Source of the DNA: Candidatus Nitrosopumilus koreensis AR1
GTDB lineage: Archaea; Thermoproteota; Nitrososphaeria; Nitrososphaerales; Nitrosopumilaceae
DNA: 32,000 nt
NCBI RefSeq assembly: GCF_000299365.1
Contig: NC_018655.1
Location: 420,001-452,000 of the forward strand
Direction of reading: 5' to 3'
Below are positions 1 to 6,353 of this stretch, piece after piece (the first letter of the stretch is position 1; each line of letters begins with the position of its first letter). Both the position numbers and the translations under genes were made by a program. The notes under the pieces were generated by a model, which was given only the letters and a program-made list of their open reading frames with translations, made no database searches and was not told the origin of the DNA.

Positions 1-76
1 GGCTCAGGAACAGGCTCAGGAACAGGCTCAGGAACAGGCTCAGGAACAGGCTCAGGAACAGGCTCAGGAACAGGCT
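1..76 (+). repeat. Perfect 12-bp tandem repeat GGCTCAGGAACA x6 plus 4 nt, in frame, encoding (GSGT)n. The array runs off the 5' edge of the window.
   Basis: Read directly: units at 1-12, 13-24, 25-36, 37-48, 49-60 and 61-72 are identical, then GGCT. Frame 1 is open and continuous with ORF 91..459. Confidence 0.95.
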
Positions 77-459
77 ATGATGATGACCTTTTGAGTATAT
101 TATCTGAAAAAAGTGGATTGGACAAAGAATCTTTATTGAATGTTTTAACATTTGAAAAAAATCAATTAATTTTACTTAGAGTAAAAGGTGATTCTATAGC
201 TGACCAATACTTCTATTGTTCATTAATGATTCTTGCATTTTGGAAAATTTGTAAAAATATGGACTATGTTTCAAATGTGAAACTTGGCTTTCCAATGTCT
301 AGATATGGAATCAATACAAGGAATTTGTCTACTACATTACAAAAAAAGAAGTATCATGAGTTCATTATTTCAAAAGGAAAAGGAAAATCAAAAGAGTATC
401 GTATTACGACTAAAGGAATCCAAAAAGCTTTTGAAACTCTTTCTGAACTTTCACAATAG
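1..459 (+). CDS. 5'-truncated hypothetical protein: (GSGT)n linker followed by a ~125-aa C-terminal domain with a winged-helix-like tail (KGKGKSKEYRITTKGIQKAFETL)
   Basis: Position 1 is in frame with track ORF 91..459 and there is no stop in 1-90, so the real gene starts upstream of the window. The function call rests only on a weak wHTH-like pattern. Confidence 0.6.
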   Translation, partial: GSGTGSGTGSGTGSGTGSGTGSGTGYDDDLLSILSEKSGLDKESLLNVLTFEKNQLILLRVKGDSIADQYFYCSLMILAFWKICKNMDYVSNVKLGFPMSRYGINTRNLSTTLQKKKYHEFIISKGKGKSKEYRITTKGIQKAFETLSELSQ

Positions 460-461
460 AA

Positions 462-965
462 ATGACTCTCGATTCAAAAATAATTGTATCACAATTAAAT
501 AAATTAGGCGTAAGTAAAAGTCTTCTCAACAATTGGTTGGATGAATACAAAAAAATTAAAAATGAATTTCTAAAACAACAATGGAATACTTGTATTTCAA
601 ACTGTGGTCTTTTCTCTGAGTATACTGTCGCAATATTGAAAGAACTATATGAACAATCTCCGATAAATCAAAATAATATTCATTTTGATAATTTTTATAA
701 AGATTGTATACAAAAATCTAAACCTAATCCTGAAGATGAAATATTGTTATTAGCTGTTCCACATGCGGCAAAAACAATTTACACAATTCGTAATAAAAAA
801 AAAGGTGCACACGTGAAAGCTATTGATCCTGATTATGTTGATAGTTTATTTGTAACTTCTCTTTCAGATTATATTCTTTCCCAATTTGTCTTGTTAAAAT
901 GTAAAGGTACTCAAAATGATGTTGCAAATTTAATTCAAAATATTATAGAAAAAAAATTCCTTTAG
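462..965 (+). CDS. Hypothetical protein, candidate HEPN-like (IRNKKKGAH = R-x6-H). It ends in an A8 run.
   Basis: 167-aa ORF starting 2 nt after the previous stop, which suggests an operon. The R-x(4-6)-H style motif sits in a helical-looking context (HAAKTIYTIRNKKKGAHVKAIDPDYVDSLF). Coding confidence is moderate and function confidence is low. Confidence 0.6.
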   Translation: MTLDSKIIVSQLNKLGVSKSLLNNWLDEYKKIKNEFLKQQWNTCISNCGLFSEYTVAILKELYEQSPINQNNIHFDNFYKDCIQKSKPNPEDEILLLAVPHAAKTIYTIRNKKKGAHVKAIDPDYVDSLFVTSLSDYILSQFVLLKCKGTQNDVANLIQNIIEKKFL

Positions 966-1027
966 TTGAAGAATTTGAAGATGGAACAATAATCATTCAT
1001 AGAAAATTAAAAAATCCTGATCAAATT

Positions 1028-1225
1028 TTGATAACTCTCTATGTAAAAGGTAAACGTATGACTAAAAATGAATTAATTTCTACACTTCAAATGAGTTATG
1101 AGCAATTAGCCACTTCTGCCTTGAGAAGTTTAAAACAAAAAAATTTTGTACATGAAAGTGATTCAGGTTATGTAATAACACGTTCAGGAATAGATAAAGT
1201 TGAAAAAATTGTTCAAAACATATGA
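1028..1225 (+). CDS. Small winged-helix-like protein (GYVITRSGIDKVEKIV), probably the C-terminal part of the 462..965 product
   Basis: The track ORF starts at TTG 1028, but its frame stays open upstream to 920 with no ATG/GTG/TTG and overlaps the end of ORF 462..965 at the A8 run 949-956. An internal ATG lies at 1058. Confidence 0.5.
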   Translation: MITLYVKGKRMTKNELISTLQMSYEQLATSALRSLKQKNFVHESDSGYVITRSGIDKVEKIVQNI

Positions 1226-1399
1226 TCTGCTTTAAACAACATCTTTCTATAATCCACGTTTTTGTATATCACTATACTGAACTTTAACCTGGGATCTTCT
1301 TTTTCAACCGTTATAAGCACTCAGACGGTCGGATTAGTTTTGATAATAGTCTGAATCTCTCATATAGATTACAATGTTAATTCAAATTTCTTCAAAAAA

Positions 1400-1873
1400 G
1401 AGTCATCGATATCCATCTTTTATCATCTAGATGGTATCATCGATGGTATTTTCATCATCTTTGATAGAATTAGCCTTGATTTTACCGATGGTATTTTCTT
1501 AATCAATGATAACAAAAGATACTATCTTCTTACATTTTTTTATCATCTTTTTTGCATCTATAGGTACGATGAAAAAAATTCACGCCTAACAATTTTTCCA
1601 TCCTTCTAAAAGATGGCAAAAGATAGAAAAATTATTTATAAAAAATTCAAAATAATTTATAAATTATTTTTTTGATTCAAAACATGAAATTTTGTTTATA
1701 TTCATCATTTCATAGGTGGTCTAATCTTGATTCATCTTTTGCTTATCTATGCCCAAAAGATACTATTTTCATCTCATCGATACCATCCCATCGATGAAAT
1801 CCGTCTTTTTTGTATCTTTTTTTATCGATACCATTGATGAAAAAGATGTCCATCGATAACGTATCGATGGAAT
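1400..1873. repeat. Non-coding iteron field: 7 copies of the palindrome ATCGAT plus GATGGTAT/ATACCATC units, in two oppositely oriented clusters around an AT-rich core
   Basis: ATCGAT starts at 1405, 1439, 1776, 1790, 1824, 1852 and 1863. GATGGTAT is at 1430, 1442 and 1487. Its reverse complement ATACCATC is at 1780, with ATACCATT at 1828. AAAAGATACTAT occurs at 1514 and 1755. The core at about 1621-1710 is almost pure A/T. Confidence 0.8.
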
Positions 1874-1887
1874 AATGCCTTGATTTT

Positions 1888-3228
1888 TTATAAATTAATT
1901 TTTGCGAGTTTCTTTGAAAATACTTTTCTAAAGAAATCTTCTCCAAGATCTTCAAAGTATTGTATGACCATTTTATCCAAGTCTGGCTTGATTGCTTCAT
2001 ACTCTTTTTGACTATTCTCTAGTTTCACCTGTTTTTCCTCTAGAATCTTGATCTTTTCTTCAAGTTGCTTTTTCTCAATTTGTTCTTGTTCTTCTTTCTC
2101 TATTGCAGTCTTCAAACTTAGAGGCTTTCCACATTTAGAACAAAGTTTGGCATCATAGGAGTTTGGCACATCACAAATTTTGCAGATTCTTGGCTTGTTG
2201 ACCAAATCCACTCCTTTGGAACTTGACATGCCATAGTGCTTGAACATGGCCTCTTCTACATCTGAATTCATCATGTGCTCGTATCTTCCAGGCATTTTTG
2301 AGCCTGATGACCATCCGTATCTCTTCTTTTGAAGTGATTCTGTGAGAAACATTCCAGTTCTAGTAGCTCCTGTATGACGAAATAGATTTGGCCAAACTCT
2401 TTTGTGGATTTGCGCAACATCGCAAATTCTCTGTAATCTTTTTCTCATTGCAGCATACGACCATGCCTCTCCATACTTTTTGTCATCCATTGCAATCCAT
2501 AATGGTGCTTCAGGATCAGAGTTGTTTGGATGTTTGTCAAAATATGATGCCAAGTCTGGCACACACTCTATCACTCTTACTGGTCTTGGACCTGTCTTTC
2601 CATCAACTACAATGATTGCACCTCTATCATCAAACTTTACGTGTTTTATTTGGCGACTCAAGATTTCCCCTGGTCTGCAAGCCAAGTCTGAAAACGTATG
2701 AACAAACGCTCTGTCTCTAAGATTCTCTCCACATGCTTTCAGTAACGAATTCTTTTCAGATTCTGTGATTAGCATATCTGCAGTCAGGTTCTCTCTTGGT
2801 TTTCTGACACGAATCCATGAAGTCTCTGTAGGATCTCCAACTTGTTTTTGGTCTCTTGAACCACGTTTTATCCATCTGTAGAAATTCTTTAGAATTTTTT
2901 TGTGGTCTGCAGTTGTGTTTGTCTCTTGTCCGCCTTTGCTGAATTTTTTGTTAAAATTGTAAACAAGCTCTTCCATGTCTTCTTTGCTTGCATCAATCCA
3001 ATCTTTGTTTAGCATTCTTGAGAGACTAAGTATTGTTCCAAGAACCTTTGAGCGTCTTGCATCTGATAGTGATTCGTTTACCAAGACCCGGTCAAATTTC
3101 TTGATTAATTCTACGTTGTTTTGACTCAGGTCTTTTTCCATCAATGCAAAGGTTCTGGTGATAATCTTGTCATAATTGTATAATCTGATCGAGCAATGCT
3201 TTGGGCTTGAAATGTGCTGTTTTGACAT
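1888..3228 (-). CDS. Tyrosine recombinase / integrase with C-terminal zinc ribbon and coiled-coil extension
   Basis: Catalytic pattern: LACRPGEI (Arg I), DGKTGPRPV (Lys), LFRHTGAT (Arg II-His), YGWSS and PGRYEH (Tyr nucleophile). The tail has CKICDVPNSYDAKLCSKCGKP followed by an EEQEQIEKKQLEEKIKILEEKQ heptad-like stretch. The start codon lies 44 nt from the 3' end of the tRNA. Confidence 0.85.
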   Translation of the reverse strand: MSKQHISSPKHCSIRLYNYDKIITRTFALMEKDLSQNNVELIKKFDRVLVNESLSDARRSKVLGTILSLSRMLNKDWIDASKEDMEELVYNFNKKFSKGGQETNTTADHKKILKNFYRWIKRGSRDQKQVGDPTETSWIRVRKPRENLTADMLITESEKNSLLKACGENLRDRAFVHTFSDLACRPGEILSRQIKHVKFDDRGAIIVVDGKTGPRPVRVIECVPDLASYFDKHPNNSDPEAPLWIAMDDKKYGEAWSYAAMRKRLQRICDVAQIHKRVWPNLFRHTGATRTGMFLTESLQKKRYGWSSGSKMPGRYEHMMNSDVEEAMFKHYGMSSSKGVDLVNKPRICKICDVPNSYDAKLCSKCGKPLSLKTAIEKEEQEQIEKKQLEEKIKILEEKQVKLENSQKEYEAIKPDLDKMVIQYFEDLGEDFFRKVFSKKLAKINL

Positions 3229-3272
3229 TCTAGTATATGATATACTGGCAGAGTATTAAACCAGAATGACAA

Positions 3273-3347
3273 TGCTCCCACCGGGATTTGAACCCGGGTC
3301 ACAGCCTTGAGAGGGCTGTATGCTTAACCGGACTACACTATAGGAGC
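3273..3347 (-). tRNA. tRNA-Glu (anticodon CUC), 75 nt, no encoded CCA
   Basis: Manual fold of the reverse complement: acceptor GCTCCTA/TGGGAGC, anticodon stem CAGCC/GGCTG with loop CT-CTC-AA, T arm CCGGG-TTCAAAT-CCCGG, discriminator A. Confidence 0.9.
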
Positions 3348-3371
3348 TTAATCGGAAACAACTCTCATCTC

Positions 3372-3379
3372 AATTTAAA
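3372..3379 (-). promoter_or_regulatory. Archaeal TATA-like box (TTTAAATT on the minus strand) 25-32 nt upstream of tRNA-Glu position +1
   Basis: Sequence and spacing only. Confidence 0.45.
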
Positions 3380-3460
3380 GGAAAGGTTTTGACTTTACAT
3401 GAATTTGTTAAACTTTGTAAGTTTGGCCATTTATAGAAAATCTCGTAATATCATTTTAAC

Positions 3461-3976
3461 ATGGATTTGAAAAAACTTGCTGAAAGACTAGAGTTATCTG
3501 ATTTTCCTGCAGGTTTAGGGGGGTGTAGAATTTCTGAGAACTTTTTTGATTCATGTGGATACGATGTTATAGTTTTTGATGAACAATCGATTCCTGATCA
3601 AATCGTGCAAATTGATGATGACTATATTGTACTTCATCATGGGACATTTTCTGAAACAAATTCAAAAAAACTCTTGCAATATGATGATCTGAAAATCATT
3701 CAAGATGACTCTTGGGAACTTCGTATGTTTTTATCAAAAATTAAAGAAAAACGATCCTCTTTGTTTGCTGACTTCGCTAAAAACTCCTTGATAGAATCGA
3801 TGTTTTGTTGCCAAAAGACCAAAGAAGCAATTGATAATTCCAATGAATTTTCTCCATGCTGGCAAAAATGTGCGTCATTTTATTTGGCTGATGCAATTGC
3901 ATCATTGAATAATCAACGACTAGGACCTACACACATGCTTAACTCTCTGAGAAGACTTAAAAAAAACTCCTGTTAA
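3461..3976 (+). CDS. Hypothetical protein, probably the N-terminal part of a ~300-aa protein interrupted at an A8 run
   Basis: 171-aa ORF. Its stop follows the A8 run 3959-3966. The frame of the next ORF is already open from 3951. Confidence 0.6.
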   Translation: MDLKKLAERLELSDFPAGLGGCRISENFFDSCGYDVIVFDEQSIPDQIVQIDDDYIVLHHGTFSETNSKKLLQYDDLKIIQDDSWELRMFLSKIKEKRSSLFADFAKNSLIESMFCCQKTKEAIDNSNEFSPCWQKCASFYLADAIASLNNQRLGPTHMLNSLRRLKKNSC

Positions 3977-4043
3977 TGAGCACATCTCTGTTGTAACTCA
4001 GACAGTTGGTATAGAAAGGGCCACGCTTGTTCTGCTGGAACGT

Positions 4044-4346
4044 ATGGTAAAATCCACTATTGGATTTAATGATATGGTTAATCAAAACGACTCTTCCCAA
4101 ATTATTCAAAGAAAGTATGACTATTTTGTAAAAAATTCAATGATCTCTGATTGCTATTTTTACCTAGGTTACATCAACAAGGATAACTTCATAAAAATCA
4201 AAGATACGCTAACCCGGAACCCTGATCTAATCCATGTATTAAAAACTGCATTTGATATTGAGGCTGACTCTAATGTCTTGCTACAACAGGCTGATCTTAT
4301 TCAAAATTCTTGTAATGTCTTGCTTGCCGCAGGCTTGAAACAATAA
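4044..4346 (+). CDS. Hypothetical protein, probably the C-terminal part of the 3461..3976 gene
   Basis: 100-aa ORF. The same frame is stop-free for 31 codons upstream (3951-4043) and reads plausibly (TPVNEHISVVTQTVGIERATLVLLER). Confidence 0.5.
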   Translation: MVKSTIGFNDMVNQNDSSQIIQRKYDYFVKNSMISDCYFYLGYINKDNFIKIKDTLTRNPDLIHVLKTAFDIEADSNVLLQQADLIQNSCNVLLAAGLKQ

Positions 4347-4397
4347 CTTCTATCCTTTTGTACTAACCTTTTAAAATAAGTAAGATTATGATTTGTC

Positions 4398-4541
4398 ATG
4401 ACAGATCAAGCATGTGGATGCGAAGCTGATAGCGGCGATCCTGATTATGCATGTGATTGTGCAATGCAAGGTCATTGCATCTGTAGTGCAGATTGCAAAT
4501 GTAACACTGACGTTTGTAAAGAAGCTACTAAAGACATGTAA
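4398..4541 (+). CDS. 47-aa Cys-rich small protein, metallothionein-like (9 Cys, four CxC motifs, 1 His)
   Basis: Hand translation: MTDQACGCEADSGDPDYACDCAMQGHCICSADCKCNTDVCKEATKDM. It has an ATG start and a TAA stop. TTTTAAAATA lies 20-29 nt upstream. It is below the size cut-off of the ORF track. Confidence 0.55.
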   Translation: MTDQACGCEADSGDPDYACDCAMQGHCICSADCKCNTDVCKEATKDM

Positions 4542-4576
4542 TTGGATTTTTCCAATTTTTTCTTTTATTTTTAAAA

Positions 4577-4744
4577 TTATTCTTCGTCTTCCTCAAAACC
4601 CCACGATTTCACCAATTCTTTTTGGAACTTGTCGTTTTGTTTTGAATCTAGTGCAAATCCGCAATTTTTGTGGGTTGGGACAACAGTCATTCCATCTAAC
4701 TTGAATTCAACTTCATACAAGTGAACTTTTGGGCATTCACACAT
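4577..4744 (-). CDS. 55-aa small protein with N-terminal CxC and an internal H-x-x-C, ending in an acidic tail
   Basis: Hand translation codon by codon: MCECPKVHLYEVEFKLDGMTVVPTHKNCGFALDSKQNDKFQKELVKSWGFEEDEE. It is convergent with 4398..4541. A/T-rich TATA-like sequence lies upstream (4760-4775). Confidence 0.45.
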   Translation of the reverse strand: MCECPKVHLYEVEFKLDGMTVVPTHKNCGFALDSKQNDKFQKELVKSWGFEEDEE

Positions 4745-4837
4745 GTCTAGTCACCCTCTAAATTTTCCTCTATATTTGCTTATTTGAACTAGGCTGAATA
4801 ACGTTTAACTATCCGTTTTGCCCATTTTTTTTCAGAT

Positions 4838-6307
4838 TTGAAAACAATATTTCTAATATTTCCAATAATTATGGGACTTCTTTTAGGTACTGCATTGTTG
4901 CCATCTGCATCTGCACAATTCAATTCTGCAGGTGGTGTTGACAAAGAAGGAACATGGTACGTTGGTGAAGGTCTCAAAAAAGGAGATTATTTTTCATATA
5001 AAATGTGTCATGTAGATTACAAGGAATGTGCCCAATTTGAATTGGATATGTGGATCAAAGGAGACAGACAAGTTGGCAGTGAAACAAAATGGCTAGCTGA
5101 AGTTGTTGTTTATGATGGCAACAAGGTAATTGTTGGTGAAATGGAATTGGGAAAAATTGCCCCTGAACCAACTGGTGGCAGTGAGTCATTAGGAGTCTAT
5201 CGTGGTGCATTCAAGTCTTCAATAGCATGGCTATCTGCGTTTGCCACTGCTGATGGAAGTGCCGGTGGCAAAGGTCCAAAAGCATTCAGTGCTGCCTCTT
5301 GGGGAAAAATTGGAAACATTGGTGGTGAACAAGTACTTCCACTTGCACTTGAAACAGTCACTGTTCCATCTGGAACTTGGGATACTGTTTTAATTGGATG
5401 GAAGACTGGTGGTTATTCTAGTAAAGTTTGGATTGTAGATGAATTTCCATTTCCTGTAAAGGCTCTTACTTTGACTCATGTTTCAGAAGGAATTCCTCCA
5501 ACTGAATATAAATTTGAATTATTGGACTATAAAGAAAACGTGACCAGCAGTCCTTTTGAAGGAATAGTTTCAACTGCTGATATTTTTCAAGCACAAGGAT
5601 GTGAAACTGATTTTGAAAGAACGTCTAGTGTGAAAAAACCCACAAAGAACTTCTCTTACCAAGTACGTGCATTTTACGGTCCTGAAGATCCTGTTCAAGG
5701 ATGTGAAATGCAATGGCTGATAGAATTCATCAGCAAATATGATGACACTGAATATCTCAATCAGGTTCAGTTTGATGTCTTAGTTGTAGATGATAATTTG
5801 ACTCCTTTGAGATCTCTTGCACAAGAAGAAGGTCGGCAGTACCTCTACTCCCCATCTGGTCAACATCTTATTGATATGATAGTTGAAGAAGAGCCTGGAA
5901 CTGTAAATTATGTTATTTGGATTTATGGTCTCGCACCTGAAGGAATTGCCCCCTCGACCGCTACTGATTATTTGAAAATCCCACTAACTGTGTATCCTGC
6001 TGATGGGAGTGTTATTCCGGACGTACAACCCACAACAGCAATTCCTGCATGGATAAAGAACAATGCTGGTTGGTGGGCAGATGGTGCAATTGACGATAAC
6101 TCGTTTGTTCAAGGAATCCAATTCTTAATTAAAGAAGGAATTATGAAGATTCCACCAACTGCACAAGGAACTGGCTCTTCTAATGAAATCCCTTCTTGGA
6201 TTAAACAAAACGCTGCATGGTGGGCAGATGGTGCAATTGACGATAACTCGTTTGTTCAAGGAATCCAATTCTTAATTAAAGAAGGAATTATGAAAATTTC
6301 TTCTTAA
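4838..6307 (+). CDS. Secreted protein of unknown function with a duplicated Trp-rich C-terminal module
   Basis: Signal-peptide-like N-terminus MKTIFLIFPIIMGLLLGTALLPSASA/QF, using a TTG start (the first ATG, at 4871, would truncate it). The C-terminus has two copies of IP(A/S)WIK(N/Q)NA(G/A)WWADGAIDDNSFVQGIQFLIKEGIMKI. Confidence 0.85.
   Translation: MKTIFLIFPIIMGLLLGTALLPSASAQFNSAGGVDKEGTWYVGEGLKKGDYFSYKMCHVDYKECAQFELDMWIKGDRQVGSETKWLAEVVVYDGNKVIVGEMELGKIAPEPTGGSESLGVYRGAFKSSIAWLSAFATADGSAGGKGPKAFSAASWGKIGNIGGEQVLPLALETVTVPSGTWDTVLIGWKTGGYSSKVWIVDEFPFPVKALTLTHVSEGIPPTEYKFELLDYKENVTSSPFEGIVSTADIFQAQGCETDFERTSSVKKPTKNFSYQVRAFYGPEDPVQGCEMQWLIEFISKYDDTEYLNQVQFDVLVVDDNLTPLRSLAQEEGRQYLYSPSGQHLIDMIVEEEPGTVNYVIWIYGLAPEGIAPSTATDYLKIPLTVYPADGSVIPDVQPTTAIPAWIKNNAGWWADGAIDDNSFVQGIQFLIKEGIMKIPPTAQGTGSSNEIPSWIKQNAAWWADGAIDDNSFVQGIQFLIKEGIMKISS
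6071..6294 (+). repeat. Intragenic direct repeat: two identical 77-bp copies (6071-6147 and 6218-6294), period 147 bp
   Basis: Direct comparison of the two stretches TGGTGGGCAGATGGTGCAATTGACGATAACTCG...GGAATTATGAA. Confidence 0.95.
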
Positions 6308-6353
6308 TTGTCTACATTCAAATTGTGATCCTCTGAAAAATCTTTGAAGAATA

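Larger units (their letters stand above)
1..3272. mobile_element. Partial integrated element (integrase plus cargo) abutting the 3' end of tRNA-Glu. The left boundary is not in the window or not identifiable.
   Basis: The integrase lies immediately downstream of a tRNA 3' end, the classic tRNA-targeted integration geometry. Cargo consists of orphan ORFs and an iteron field. No second copy of the tRNA 3' segment was found within 1-3228. Confidence 0.5.

Noticed and set aside
284-502. Track ORF of 72 aa overlapping the end of the first CDS and the start of the second
   Set aside because: It is an alternative frame inside or across better-supported, operon-linked ORFs.
1743-2000. Track ORF of 85 aa on the minus strand across the iteron field
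   Set aside because: It overlaps the integrase 3' end in another frame, and the rest is translation of the ATCGAT repeat field. There is no independent support.
2388-2701. Two plus-strand ORFs (75 and 99 aa) antisense to the integrase
   Set aside because: They are fully embedded antisense to a gene with clear catalytic motifs. The composition is typical of shadow ORFs.
1226-3228. Search for a second copy of the tRNA-Glu 3' segment (att duplication) inside the window
   Set aside because: No match longer than a few nucleotides to CCACCGGGATTTGAACCCGGG was found. The far boundary of the element is presumably upstream of position 1, so no att sites are annotated.
3500-3590. Minimal nucleotidyltransferase motif in ORF 3461..3976 (GLGGCRISENFFDSCGYDVIVFDE resembles hG[GS]-x9-13-Dh[DE]h)
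   Set aside because: The second acidic position is Ile rather than Asp/Glu, and I cannot verify the fold. The evidence is too weak for a functional call.
4414-4704. Track ORF of 96 aa (MDAKLIAAILIMHVIVQCKV...)
   Set aside because: It overlaps two better-supported small ORFs, 4398..4541 (+) and 4577..4744 (-), in other frames. Its sequence is hydrophobic and low-complexity with no start context, so it is most likely spurious.
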